Source: an uncultured Acidimicrobiales bacterium (lineage in GTDB: Bacteria > Actinomycetota > Acidimicrobiia > Acidimicrobiales > Poriferisodalaceae). From it: a DNA stretch of 64,000 bases. The notes beneath the pieces were generated by a model that searched no databases, had not been told where the DNA came from, and was given only the letters and a program-made list of their open reading frames with translations. Below are positions 27,978-38,340 of the stretch, piece after piece; the first letter of the stretch is position 1; every line of letters begins with the position of its first letter. Made by a program: the position numbers and the translations under genes. The stretch is from positions 2,352 through 66,351 of the forward strand of contig CAYRJD010000031.1 of the NCBI GenBank assembly GCA_964424585.1. Direction: 5' to 3'.

Positions 27978-29351
27978 ATGAGCACAGACATCGCACTGCA
28001 AAGCGCCGTCGCGCAGGCGGCCGCCGTTCGCGCTGGTGAGATTTCCAGCCGAGAGCTGACCCAGCACGTCATCGACCGCATCGAACGACTAGACGGCGAA
28101 GTGAACTCCGTGGTGACCCGCTGCTTCGACGAGGCTCTCGCTGGCGCTGGTGCGGCAGACCAAGCGCTGGCCAGCGGCGAACCGACGGGACGACTTCACG
28201 GACTGCCGTTCACGGTGAAAGACGCGCTGGCGACGGCCGGCATTCGCTCGACCGCCGGAGCAGCCGAGCTGGCTGACTACGTGCCCGACTACGACGCGCC
28301 GGTGGTCGCCGCAGCCAAGCGCGAGGGAGCGATCGTGCTGGGCAAGACGAACCTGCCGACCTGGTCGGCCGACAACCAGTCGTTCAACGACATCTTCGGC
28401 ACGACCAACAACCCGTGGGACACATCTCGCGTTCCGGCCGGCTCGTCGGGCGGCGCTGCGGCCGCGACGGCGATGGGGTTCACGTCGTTCGAGCTGGGCA
28501 CCGACATCGGCGGCTCGATCAGGTTTCCGGCTTCGTTCAACGGCATCTGGGGCCACAAGCCCAGCTGGGGCATCGTGCCCAGCACCGGCTACCTGGATCA
28601 CCCGAAGGGCGGCACGACCGAGGCAGACATCAACGTGCTGGGCCCGCTCACGCGCAGCTGCGACGACGCCGAGCTGCTGGTTGACGTCTTGCTACGTAAC
28701 GAGCGTCCGTGGGTGCCGCAGCTGACCGACGCACCCGGCGACGTGCGCGAGCTGCGGGTCGCGGCGTGGCTCGACGACCCGTTCTGCGAGGTAGACGCCG
28801 AGGTGCTGGCGGTGCTCGAGCCCGCGGTCGATGCGCTCGCCACGAGCGGCGTGTCGGTCGACCGCGGCGCTCGCCCAGAGCTCGACCCCGACGACGCGTG
28901 GCGCACGGGTTTGTGGCTGGTGCGAAGCGCGATGACGTTGGCGGGCACGTCCGACCGCTACACCCACGGCGAGTGGCTGACCAACCACGCGAAGCGAGAG
29001 CGCTTTCGACTGGCGTGGGCCAAGTTTTTCTCGCACTACGACGCGCTAATCGCGCCGGTGGCGTTCATTCCGCCGTTCGAGCACATGCAACAAGGCACGT
29101 TCGGCGAGCGCACGCACGTCTGCAACGGCGTCGAGCGGCCCTACCTCGATATGACCCGCTGGACGATCCTCACCGGCATGGCGTACCTGCCGGCGACGGT
29201 GCCGCCGCTGGGGCTAACGCCGACCGACGGGCTGCCGATCGGCGCGCAGGTGGTCGGCCCGTACGGCGGCGACAACGTGACGCTCGCGCTGGCGCGGCAC
29301 TTCGGCGAGGTAGCTGGTGGCTACGTGCCGCCGCCGCTCGCTCTCACCTAG
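27978..29351 (+). CDS. amidase (amidase-signature family)
   Basis: GLPFTVKD, GKTNLP, GSSGGAAAATAMG and GTDIGGSIRFPA, giving the Ser-cisSer-Lys context. Confidence 0.85.
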   Translation: MSTDIALQSAVAQAAAVRAGEISSRELTQHVIDRIERLDGEVNSVVTRCFDEALAGAGAADQALASGEPTGRLHGLPFTVKDALATAGIRSTAGAAELADYVPDYDAPVVAAAKREGAIVLGKTNLPTWSADNQSFNDIFGTTNNPWDTSRVPAGSSGGAAAATAMGFTSFELGTDIGGSIRFPASFNGIWGHKPSWGIVPSTGYLDHPKGGTTEADINVLGPLTRSCDDAELLVDVLLRNERPWVPQLTDAPGDVRELRVAAWLDDPFCEVDAEVLAVLEPAVDALATSGVSVDRGARPELDPDDAWRTGLWLVRSAMTLAGTSDRYTHGEWLTNHAKRERFRLAWAKFFSHYDALIAPVAFIPPFEHMQQGTFGERTHVCNGVERPYLDMTRWTILTGMAYLPATVPPLGLTPTDGLPIGAQVVGPYGGDNVTLALARHFGEVAGGYVPPPLALT

Positions 29352-29365
29352 CGCGCGACTAGCGC

Positions 29366-32300
29366 TCAGCTGACGGGCTGCTCGCCCTTCGCGGCTTCGG
29401 CGACCCACTCCCCTAGCGCGTCGAACTCGGTCTCTAGCTCGGCTCGGTGGATCGTGCCGGTCTGCGTGCCGTCGGGCGCGATGAACAAGAACTCGACTCG
29501 GTCGACGGTGCGCTTGGTGGCTCGCTCGACGCAGTAGGCGTAGGTGACGCCTTGAGGCTTGTAGTAGCCGAGGCGCTCGTCGATGCCACCGTCGCCGCTG
29601 TCACCAGCCAGCGTGTCGGTCTTGTAGTCGACCACCACCAGGTCGCCCGTGTCGGCGCACTCATACAGCAGGTCGATGAAGCCCTCGAGCGCGACCTGCT
29701 CGCCGTGATCGCGCTGTTCGTCGTTCGGATCGCTCGGGAGCGGGTGCGGCGCGCCGACGTGAGTTTCCTTGTAGTGACGCACAGCGCCCGCTCGTGTAAC
29801 GACGTCGCTCGCCAAAGCGCTGGCGACCAGCCTGCGCACGCGAGCCTTCGCTGCCGCATCAAGCGTGCGAGCGCGAGCGGCTATCACGTCGTCGAGTTCT
29901 AGAGCGGCCAACCGCTCTGCGCCCGCGTCCAGCGCCGCGTTGGCAGACAGATCGACGACCTCCAGCACGTCGTGCACCGCGCTGCCGACCGTGGTGCCGA
30001 AACGGCCTCGGCTGGCTGTGCGCTCGTTGTCGTGGTCGCGGTCGACGTCGGCCGTCGCCTCAGCACCGGCCTCTTCGGTGTCTCGCGCATTCGAGCGTTC
30101 GCTGAGCGACTTCGCTGCTCGGCTGACCGTGGTCGCCGGCACCGAACCCACCCGGGCTGATGCGACTTGTGCCTCACCGAGACGTCGCAACCATTCGTCG
30201 CGGGTCATCGTCGCGATGGGGTCGCCGGTGCTCGCCCCCAGTGCGTGGCTGAGTGCGTCGCTGGGCGTTGTGTCGAGCGTCGCGCGGTCGCGGTAGCTGG
30301 CCAGCGCGACTCCCTCTTCCAGCTCGAGCACGTAGCCGGGCTTGTCGTAGGGAGAGGTGAGTCCTTCGCTCTTGGCTCGGCGCAGCGCGTCCTCGTTCAT
30401 CGGGCCGCCCAGCTGTGCTTCGTAGAGAACCTGAGCGTGAGTGATGCTCAACAGGTTGGTCGACTTCTTGGGCGGCGCTGGCCGGTGCAGCGACACAACC
30501 AAGTGGTCACGCGCCCGGGTGCACGCGACGTACAGCAGGCGAATGCGCTCGTGGTGATCAGCGATCTGCTTGTCGTCTCTCCATGCCTCATATCCGGGCG
30601 ACGTGACGACGTCGTTGAGCTTGATGGCGGCCTTGCCCGCGTGATCTCGCTCGAATCCGCTCCCTTTCACGTAGTTGGGATGGCCCTCCATTCCGGCGAC
30701 GATGACGATCGGAAACTCAAGCCCCTTCGCCGCGTGGATGGTCAAGATGCGAACCGAGTGGTCGTCAGTTTCCGGCAGCAGCGCCTCAGATGCACGGTTC
30801 TCCTCGTGCGCTTGGATGCGGGCCCACTGCACGAACTCTCGCAGCCCGCCTTGCTGGCTCTCAGAGAACGCCCGGGCTTGGTCGGACAGGTAGCGCAGCT
30901 GCCGCCAAGAGTCTCGGGTGCGGGGCCAGCTCGCGGCGTGCTCCAGCACCTGGCGGTCGCGCACCAACCGGTCGATCAGTGCTGCAGGTGAGACGGTTGC
31001 CGAGATCTCGTGCAGCTCTGCCAAGTGGCCGAGCGCCTCGGCAACCACGCCCTCGCGCAACCGCTCCGCTGCTGCTTTGCCTTGTGGCGTGGTGGGAATC
31101 TCGGCGCAATCTGGCGGCTCAGCCCGCTCTTGGTCGGCGGTGTTGCGCGAGCCGAAGCGAAACGAACGCCCCCCGAGGCGCGCATGTAAGTACAGGTCGT
31201 CGTCGCCGCAGCCGTAGATCGGCGAGCGCAGCGCGCTGACGGTCGCAAGCTCATCGGTGGGGTCGCAGATCGCGGCGACGCACAACATGACGTCGCGCAC
31301 CACGGGCGCGGACCAGATCAGCGAAGCAGCCTCTAGCCGGTAGGGAACGTCGTTGGCGTCGAGGAGCCGTTCCAGTGACGGCAGCGAGGTGCGAGTTGGA
31401 ATCAAGATCGCGATGTCATCAAGCCGAGCTGGTCGCTCACGCTCTGACTGCTCGTCGGTTGCTCGCTCGGCGACGCTCCAACCCTCAGCCAAGATCGTCT
31501 TGATCGTTCCAGCGACATCCAGGCTCGCCTGCTCGCGCGCGAAGTTCGCAGCCGAGCGAACGACCGACTTAGCCATCTTGGTGTGCTCGTCGGCCACGCC
31601 CAGCAGCGTCACCGCTGCGCCGGTGCCGAGTGGCTCGCGCGTAGCAACCAGCGGCTGGTACTCCGATGAGTAGCGGGGTGCGTCTTTGTCGCCCATCAGC
31701 TCGCGGAAGGTGCGGTTTACCCAGTCAATGATCGGACGAACGGTCCTGAAGTTCGCCGCTAGCGCCAGCCGGTTGCCGCGCTTGGTGAGGTGGGTTCGCG
31801 CGTCCATGTACAAGCTGACATCTGCTCGACGAAACGCGTATATCGACTGCTTGACGTCGGCGACGCAAAACAGCGCGCCTGGCCGAACTTCGTGGTCTTG
31901 CCAGCTCTTGCCCTTTTTCGCAACGACCGCTGCCAGCGCGGTCGCGATCTCCACCTGCAGCGGGTCGGTGTCTTGAAACTCATCGAGCAGCAGACGCTCG
32001 TAGCGCTTACCCAGCCGCTCGGCGACGTCAGGCTGGTCGCGCAGCAGTTCGCGCGAGAGCACCAGCAGGTCGTGAAACTCGATCGAGCCGATCTCTCGGC
32101 GCTCGCGCGCCGAGTCGAGCGTGAAGGCGCGCAGTCGTTCCACGATCAGCGCGAACGAAGGCTCAACTACCGCCCTGACGGTCGCCAGGTACGTCTCGCG
32201 CAGGGCTGCGTAGCTCGCTCGAAGGTCCGCCAGCTTGGCTTTGTCGCCCCACTTCGCGTTGTTGCCCAGATTCGTTTCGGACTTGGTGAGCATGGTCGCA

Positions 32301-33136
32301 AACTGCTCCGACAACAGGGTTGCGAGCACGTCGGCATCGTCGCTCACACCTTCGAGTTGTCGCGCCAGGCTCGACAACTCAAGCAAAATCGCGTTGAGCC
32401 TGTCGTCAGCATCGACCGACGTGTCGGCGTCGGTCGCCGTGTCGTTCAGTGCCGCGACCAGCCGGTCTCTGGCGGTTTGCGTGTCGACGTCGGGCACCTG
32501 CGGAGGCGTCCACTGCTCATCGACGAGGCGATCCCAGTTCTCGTTGAACATGACTGCGACGTCGCGCAGTGCCCGCAGTGTGACGCCCGCGACGTCGAGC
32601 ACCCGATACGCGGCGAAGCAGCACTCGTCGGTCAGCAGGGTCGTGACCATCGTGCCCCACCGACGGTCGAAGGAGACCGTGCTGCCGATCGCGTCGAGGT
32701 TTTCAAAGCCTGGCGGCAGACCAGCTTCCACGGTGTGCTCGGTGAGAATGCGTCGCGCGAAGCCGTGCAGCGTGAGGATCGCCGCGCCGTCTAGCTCATC
32801 GAGCGCCTGCGCGATGCGCTGGTGGTGCTCGGGCTCGCGGCCTTCGTCAGCTTCGCCGCGACGCTGTGCCAGCTCGTCCCTGATGCGTACCCGCAGCTCG
32901 GCGGCTGCCTTCTCGGTGAACGTGATGGCGGCTACGCGCGAGATCGGCACGCCGGCGGTGACCAAGTTCGCGATGCGGCCCACCAGCACCGTCGTCTTGC
33001 CGGTGCCGGCGCCAGCCTCCACGAAGAGCGTCTCGGCCAAATCGCGCTGCGCGGCGTCGCGCGCTGACTGGTCGACGGGTTCTGTCGCAACGGGAACGGT
33101 CATCGGGACATCTTTCGTCATGCCCTCAGTCGTCAT
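29366..33136 (-). CDS. UvrD-type helicase / PD-(D/E)XK nuclease subunit (AdnB/AddA-like)
   Basis: FVEAGAGTGKTTVL Walker A, LLLDEFQDTDPLQ motif II, TIHAAKGLEFP motif V-VI, C-terminal GFIDLLYECADTGDLVVVDYKTD nuclease motif. 1256 aa. Confidence 0.8.
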   Translation of the reverse strand: MTTEGMTKDVPMTVPVATEPVDQSARDAAQRDLAETLFVEAGAGTGKTTVLVGRIANLVTAGVPISRVAAITFTEKAAAELRVRIRDELAQRRGEADEGREPEHHQRIAQALDELDGAAILTLHGFARRILTEHTVEAGLPPGFENLDAIGSTVSFDRRWGTMVTTLLTDECCFAAYRVLDVAGVTLRALRDVAVMFNENWDRLVDEQWTPPQVPDVDTQTARDRLVAALNDTATDADTSVDADDRLNAILLELSSLARQLEGVSDDADVLATLLSEQFATMLTKSETNLGNNAKWGDKAKLADLRASYAALRETYLATVRAVVEPSFALIVERLRAFTLDSARERREIGSIEFHDLLVLSRELLRDQPDVAERLGKRYERLLLDEFQDTDPLQVEIATALAAVVAKKGKSWQDHEVRPGALFCVADVKQSIYAFRRADVSLYMDARTHLTKRGNRLALAANFRTVRPIIDWVNRTFRELMGDKDAPRYSSEYQPLVATREPLGTGAAVTLLGVADEHTKMAKSVVRSAANFAREQASLDVAGTIKTILAEGWSVAERATDEQSERERPARLDDIAILIPTRTSLPSLERLLDANDVPYRLEAASLIWSAPVVRDVMLCVAAICDPTDELATVSALRSPIYGCGDDDLYLHARLGGRSFRFGSRNTADQERAEPPDCAEIPTTPQGKAAAERLREGVVAEALGHLAELHEISATVSPAALIDRLVRDRQVLEHAASWPRTRDSWRQLRYLSDQARAFSESQQGGLREFVQWARIQAHEENRASEALLPETDDHSVRILTIHAAKGLEFPIVIVAGMEGHPNYVKGSGFERDHAGKAAIKLNDVVTSPGYEAWRDDKQIADHHERIRLLYVACTRARDHLVVSLHRPAPPKKSTNLLSITHAQVLYEAQLGGPMNEDALRRAKSEGLTSPYDKPGYVLELEEGVALASYRDRATLDTTPSDALSHALGASTGDPIATMTRDEWLRRLGEAQVASARVGSVPATTVSRAAKSLSERSNARDTEEAGAEATADVDRDHDNERTASRGRFGTTVGSAVHDVLEVVDLSANAALDAGAERLAALELDDVIAARARTLDAAAKARVRRLVASALASDVVTRAGAVRHYKETHVGAPHPLPSDPNDEQRDHGEQVALEGFIDLLYECADTGDLVVVDYKTDTLAGDSGDGGIDERLGYYKPQGVTYAYCVERATKRTVDRVEFLFIAPDGTQTGTIHRAELETEFDALGEWVAEAAKGEQPVS

Positions 33137-36100
33137 AGAGGGCCTTGAGCTTCAGGTCGAGCGACAGCAGCAGCCCCAACCCCGTTGGCGACCACTGCTC
33201 GTCGCCCGTGCGGTCAGCGGCTGCGTGGTCGGCTGCCTGTCGTTCGCGCGACGCCAGAATCGCGAGAGCCGCGCTCTCGGCTTTGCGCACGAAGTGTCGC
33301 CGCAGCTCGGCGGTTCGCAGCCCGTCGGGGTCGCAGAACTCACACGGCGTGTGCCCGCCGCGTCTATCGGAACCGGCCTCTGGCTTGCCGACGAACACGC
33401 CCTGGTTGATGCCCTTGGCGATCGCGTCGACGACTTCGGCGAACCTATCTCTGGCCTTGTCGTCAAAGGCGATCGTCACGTCGCTCCAGCTGCCCTTGCG
33501 TGAAGTGACGAACCAGTACATGCCGCTCGTGGGCGCAGCCATGTCACCGCCGCTCTCGCCATAGAGCGCCTCCGCCGCTAGCGCGTAGATGGGCAGCTGC
33601 AGCTTGGTGCCGCTCAACGTGAAGTCGTCTGCAGAGCCGCTGATGATGCGCTTGTACGGGTCAGGCTTGCCCGTCTTGTAATCGATGACCAGCAAGCTGC
33701 CATCGGCGAGTCGTTCGACCCGATCTATCGAGCCGCGAAACAGCACCGCGCCGCCGTCGCTCAGCTCATAGCTGATCGGCGCAGCCGCAGGCTCATCGCT
33801 CTCGTCCCAGTGACCGCTGCTGCCAAATCGCGCCTCGGCATCGATCAGCACCCCGCGCGGCTGCTCGCGCTCTGCGCGCTGCTCGTCAACCTCGCAGAAC
33901 GCACGCAGGTCGCCGATGATTTGGGCTCGGCTGACCTGCCACGGCAGCTCGTAGCCCGCTCGGCCTTCCGCCTCCACGCGGGCGAAGTGCTTGTCTGCCA
34001 ACTCGACGAGCTTGTCGGGGTCATCCGCGCGATAGGGCTTGTCTGGCCCTGGGAGTCGTCGCTCGGCGCCCAGGTGACGGGCAAAGTCTTCGAGCGCGGC
34101 GTGAACGATGTGCCCGTAATCCAGCGCGCTCAGCGTCAGCAGCTCGTCTGGCTCTTCGACGGGAGCGACACCCAGCAGGTACTTGAACAGGTAGCTGCGC
34201 GGACAGGTTGCCCAGGCCTCCAACGTCGTGGGGCCGATCTGTCGGTTGTCGTCGCCGCCACCCAGCTGGTCGCGCTCGAGCAGGACGCCTTCCAAGTTGC
34301 CGTCAAATCGCGTGAACGCGTCGCTGCGTCTAGCTGCCGATGCGGCTCGCGCTGCCTTCACTGGGCTCGACGCTGGGGCATCGACGGTGGAGGCCCAGCG
34401 GTTCCACCCCAGCCTGAGGATGTCTGCTGTGTCTCGCTCCCACGGCGTGACGGGAAACGCTGCTTTACGAACGCCGGAGAAGAACGACGCCACCGAGGTG
34501 CGCTCAGCACTCGGAGACACCTCCGCGAGCCACCTCGACTCGACGTTCTCAGACGTGCGCCTCATGCTGCCCCGAGGAACGACCCCCACCGTGTGCCCTT
34601 CTGCCGACTGCGTGGCGGCCAGCACGCCCAACAGCGAGTGGTGCTGACTGGTGACCTGCTCGCCGACGCGCTCAAGCTCGCCGTCGAGCGCGGCCCGCTC
34701 TTCTTCACCGATGAGCGTGTCTGGCGGCACACGCTTCGGATAAAGGCCTTCAGCCAGCCCCAGCACGTAGGCGCGCCGTGCCATGAAGAACTCGCTGTGC
34801 TCGATCGGCGCCACGTTCACCCCGGCGCTGCCACCCGGCTGTAGACGGACCGCCTCGCGCAGTCGGGTGCCGAGCACCGCCGCCAGCGTCGTCACCGTCG
34901 CGTCGGGCTCGATGTCGTCTAGGCCCTTCAGCTCATCGACGAACGCGTGGATGCGGCGCGCGGCTTCTTGTTCTCCGCGCGGCCACTTGGAGGGAGTCAT
35001 GTCGGCGTCGCCCTGCCCGGAAGCGCCCGAAAACCGCACCCCCAGGTAGCGATAGAGCAAGCCGTGAAACCAATCGCATATGTCTGGCCAACCGGTGAGC
35101 GTCGTTGCGTCGGCTAGCCGCTTCTTCAGTTCCTCCATGAACTTCTTGATCTCACCGCACTCGGCAGCGTCATTTTTCTTACGTTTGGCTACCCAGTCGG
35201 CGTCGTCTATGTCGTCGCGGCTCTCGACCGACCGGTCGTTCGCGTCGCCTAGAAGTTTGTCCACGTGGCTCTCCAGTCGCTTAGACCAGTCGTCGCCGCC
35301 CGCTACGCCCGCTGCGCGTGTCAGCCGCTCCCACCGCGCGACGGGCACCCGGTTGTGCGCTGCGGGGCTGGTCGTGGCTTGTCGAGGTGGCTGACGTCGC
35401 AGCACGCCGACCGACAGCAAGTTGAACACGTCTTGCCGAGCCAGTTCGCCGCCGATCAGACCCAGCAGCCCCGCTGCGACGCGACCGGTGATGGACTCGC
35501 CCAGCGCTTGAGGTGGAATACCGTGCCAGGCGATGCCTGCAGCGTCGAAGTGGTCGGCCAAGATGCGCGAGTAGGTGCCTTGTGAGGGTGCGAACACCGC
35601 GATGTCGGTGGCGCGCACACCGGCGTCGATGTCGGCGAGCACTCGTCGGGTGACGTGACGAACCTCTTCGTCTTGGTCGCTGACGTCAAGCACCTCATCG
35701 AGCCTCGCCGGGGCTACGCCTGTCGCTGCGGCTGCGAACGCCGCCTCGTCGCCGCCCAGCTGGTGCACCAGCTCTCGCACGCTCGCGTCGGCTTGGGCGT
35801 TGCCAGTGACGCCGCCGATCGCACGCACGCCGATCGCGTCGCCGAGCGCCAGCAGCAGCCCGGCCTCGCCGCGGCTCAGCTGTTTGGGCAAGAACACAAT
35901 GAGCGCGCCGATCTCTTCGAGCGGCTTGCTAGGCGACGTCTCACCCGCTGTGACCGATGCCCTCACCAACGCGGTCGCTGTGTCGAGCGCGTCTCGCTCG
36001 TCGTAGTGGCCGCCGCGCAGCAGCTCAGCAACCCGTCGACACACCGCGACCACGTCGCGGGCGCGTCTGGTTGTCGCGGCGAGCACATCGAGCGACGGCT

Positions 36101-36521
36101 CGTCGAGCGCTCGCAGCTCGCGGAATATGCGAACGAACTCAGCTTGGGTTGACGGGTGATGCGCGACGGCTCCGAACATGCCGCCGCTGTCGTTGAGCGC
36201 TTGGCGAACGGCCGCGCCGACGATCATGTCGTTGACCGGCCGCCGACCCTGCGCCAACATCGACGGCATCGCCAGCCGATCGGCGAGCCGCCGCAACGTG
36301 ACGAACTCGACCGCCGCGATGCCGCTGGTGCGCGCGGCGAAGTAGCGGCGCAACTCGACGCCAGCCAGCGTCGTCGGCACGACGACGGTGACCGGCGCCA
36401 GCGGGTCGTCGCGCTTGGCGCTCCCGATTGCTTCGGCGAGCGCGTCGCGCGCGGGCTTGCCGTATGCGACCGGCGTGATCGTGAGCCCAACAGAGGCAAT
36501 AGGTGCTGGCATCAAGGTCAA
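33126..36521 (-). CDS. PD-(D/E)XK nuclease / degenerate helicase subunit (AdnA/AddB-like)
   Basis: 1131 aa, overlaps the downstream partner by 11 nt. C-terminal GSIDRVERLADGSLLVIDYKTGKP nuclease motif. I could find no GxGK[ST] Walker A. Confidence 0.7.
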   Translation of the reverse strand: MTLMPAPIASVGLTITPVAYGKPARDALAEAIGSAKRDDPLAPVTVVVPTTLAGVELRRYFAARTSGIAAVEFVTLRRLADRLAMPSMLAQGRRPVNDMIVGAAVRQALNDSGGMFGAVAHHPSTQAEFVRIFRELRALDEPSLDVLAATTRRARDVVAVCRRVAELLRGGHYDERDALDTATALVRASVTAGETSPSKPLEEIGALIVFLPKQLSRGEAGLLLALGDAIGVRAIGGVTGNAQADASVRELVHQLGGDEAAFAAAATGVAPARLDEVLDVSDQDEEVRHVTRRVLADIDAGVRATDIAVFAPSQGTYSRILADHFDAAGIAWHGIPPQALGESITGRVAAGLLGLIGGELARQDVFNLLSVGVLRRQPPRQATTSPAAHNRVPVARWERLTRAAGVAGGDDWSKRLESHVDKLLGDANDRSVESRDDIDDADWVAKRKKNDAAECGEIKKFMEELKKRLADATTLTGWPDICDWFHGLLYRYLGVRFSGASGQGDADMTPSKWPRGEQEAARRIHAFVDELKGLDDIEPDATVTTLAAVLGTRLREAVRLQPGGSAGVNVAPIEHSEFFMARRAYVLGLAEGLYPKRVPPDTLIGEEERAALDGELERVGEQVTSQHHSLLGVLAATQSAEGHTVGVVPRGSMRRTSENVESRWLAEVSPSAERTSVASFFSGVRKAAFPVTPWERDTADILRLGWNRWASTVDAPASSPVKAARAASAARRSDAFTRFDGNLEGVLLERDQLGGGDDNRQIGPTTLEAWATCPRSYLFKYLLGVAPVEEPDELLTLSALDYGHIVHAALEDFARHLGAERRLPGPDKPYRADDPDKLVELADKHFARVEAEGRAGYELPWQVSRAQIIGDLRAFCEVDEQRAEREQPRGVLIDAEARFGSSGHWDESDEPAAAPISYELSDGGAVLFRGSIDRVERLADGSLLVIDYKTGKPDPYKRIISGSADDFTLSGTKLQLPIYALAAEALYGESGGDMAAPTSGMYWFVTSRKGSWSDVTIAFDDKARDRFAEVVDAIAKGINQGVFVGKPEAGSDRRGGHTPCEFCDPDGLRTAELRRHFVRKAESAALAILASRERQAADHAAADRTGDEQWSPTGLGLLLSLDLKLKALYDD

Positions 36522-36585
36522 CGAAGCTAGCTAGGGGGTGGGACACGCGACCCGAACGCCAGGCCGCGCTGCACCCACACCCGCC

Positions 36586-37515
36586 TTAGGTGCCAGCCAG
36601 GCGCGCGACGACCGGTGCGAAGCTGTCGGTCTCTTCTTGCCGAACGACGATGTAGCTCGTGCCGTAGATCTCGCGGTCGCGCGCCAGCTGATCGCAAATC
36701 TGATCGACCGTGCCAGCCAGCACGATCGGCGTTTCGGCGGCTTCCTCCGGCGTCATGCCGAACGCCGGCGCGGCAGAGCGAAACAGCTCGTCGCGGTTGT
36801 CGGTGACGGTGGCGATGAACGTGTTCATCTGCAGCTCGACGTCGTCGAGCCGGTCGCCCGCGGCGGCTTCCACCCACGCTCGCCGCTCGACGAACCGCTC
36901 CGCCAGCGCCGACCGAACCGCTTCGGGGCCGACCCTTCCCTCGTGCAGCGACGGGTTGAACCCGACGATGTCCGCCAGCCGCGCCGCCTCCGACAACATC
37001 CGCTTCGCGCCGCCGCCGATGACGATGGGCGGCCCACCTTCGTTGTGCGGCAGCGGCCTTCCAACCAAGTTGGTGACGGTGTAGTGCTCGCCCGCGAAGC
37101 TGAACGGCTGGCCCGACCAGTGACCCTTTATCACCTTGATCGCTTCGATCATGCGGTCGATGCGGACGCCCGGTCGGTCGTACGCAATGCCCGAGACGTC
37201 GTAGTCGGTGCGCATCCAGCCGGCGCCGATGCCGAACTCGACACGCCCTTGCGCGAAGCAGTCGAGCGACGCGATCTCCTTCGCCAGCACGACGGGGTGC
37301 CGGTAGTCGACGTCGTAGACGAACGAGCCGACCGTAAGCGTGGTGGTGCATTCGGCTGCCACCGTGATGGCGACCGTCGGCGCCCACTGGTCGCCGAAGT
37401 GGTCGGGGCAATACACGGTGCTGTAGCCCAAGTCTTCGAGCTTGCGGACGGCCTCTCGGTAGGCATCCGCGCTGGGCGAGTGGGCGAACTGAACTCCGAA
37501 GCGGAACGGTTTCAC
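36586..37515 (-). CDS. LLM-class (luciferase-like) F420-dependent oxidoreductase
   Basis: MKPFRFGVQFAHSPSADAYREAVRKLEDLGYSTVYCPDHF and EFGIGAGW motifs. Confidence 0.85.
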   Translation of the reverse strand: MKPFRFGVQFAHSPSADAYREAVRKLEDLGYSTVYCPDHFGDQWAPTVAITVAAECTTTLTVGSFVYDVDYRHPVVLAKEIASLDCFAQGRVEFGIGAGWMRTDYDVSGIAYDRPGVRIDRMIEAIKVIKGHWSGQPFSFAGEHYTVTNLVGRPLPHNEGGPPIVIGGGAKRMLSEAARLADIVGFNPSLHEGRVGPEAVRSALAERFVERRAWVEAAAGDRLDDVELQMNTFIATVTDNRDELFRSAAPAFGMTPEEAAETPIVLAGTVDQICDQLARDREIYGTSYIVVRQEETDSFAPVVARLAGT

Positions 37516-37564
37516 GGCGGCAACCTAGCGAGCGTCGGACGCTGGGCAGCGATGGTTGGGCCAG

Positions 37565-38212
37565 CTAGCTCGCGGTTGCTGCCGTCAGGTTTGTCGCGGC
37601 GAACTCCCAGTTGATGAGGTGCTCGACGAAGACGTCGATGTACGCGCGGCGGTCGTTGAAGCGGTCGAGGTAGTAGGCGTGCTCCCACACGTCGATGACC
37701 AGCAGCGGGCGCAGCGGCCCGACGAGCGGCGTGGCAGCGTCGTTCGTCTGGACGACGGCGAGCGAGCCCGCGCCTTGACCTGCAGGGCCGCCGGTCGGGT
37801 CACACACCAGCCAGCCCCAGCCCGACGCGAAGTTGGCGGCGGCGCCGTCGGCGAACTCGGTGAGCATCGCGCCGACGCTGCCGAAGCTGGCCTCGATGGC
37901 GGCTCGCAGATCGCCGTCGGGCTCACCGCCGCCGTCGGGCGTCATCGAGTGCCAGTAGAAGGTGTGGTTCCAAGCCTGCGCGGCTGCGTTGAACAGCGCG
38001 CTGGGCGCGCCACCGCGCTGCGCGTCGGGGTGCGTGCTGCGCACCAGCTCTTCGAGCGAGAGCGACTCTTGCGGCGTGCCTGCGACCGCTTTGTTGACCG
38101 CGGCGAAGTAGCCCGCGTGATGCTTGCCGTAGTGGTAGCCGATGGTGCGCTCTGAGATGTACGGGGCGAGTGCAGAGCGGGTGTAGGGAAGAGGGGGAAG
38201 CTCGAGCGGCAA
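37565..38212 (-). CDS. sodA: Fe/Mn superoxide dismutase
   Basis: LPPLPYTRSALAPYISERTIGYHYGKHH and DVWEHAYYLD metal-ligand motifs. Confidence 0.95.
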   Translation of the reverse strand: MPLELPPLPYTRSALAPYISERTIGYHYGKHHAGYFAAVNKAVAGTPQESLSLEELVRSTHPDAQRGGAPSALFNAAAQAWNHTFYWHSMTPDGGGEPDGDLRAAIEASFGSVGAMLTEFADGAAANFASGWGWLVCDPTGGPAGQGAGSLAVVQTNDAATPLVGPLRPLLVIDVWEHAYYLDRFNDRRAYIDVFVEHLINWEFAATNLTAATAS

Positions 38213-38340
38213 GGTGTTCCTCGGGTTGTGGGTGCTGACGGCGGGCTGGTTGGCGGCGCGTCAGGGTAACGAGCCGCCGAGAGCCAGCTGCCAAGAGCCA
38301 GTCGCCGAGTGCCCGCTGGGCGCCTCTAGCTTGCGCCGCC

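Noticed and set aside
38270-38310. Short direct repeat AGAGCCAG x2 upstream of sodA
   Set aside because: It is too short and unremarkable in GC-rich DNA, with no palindromic character.
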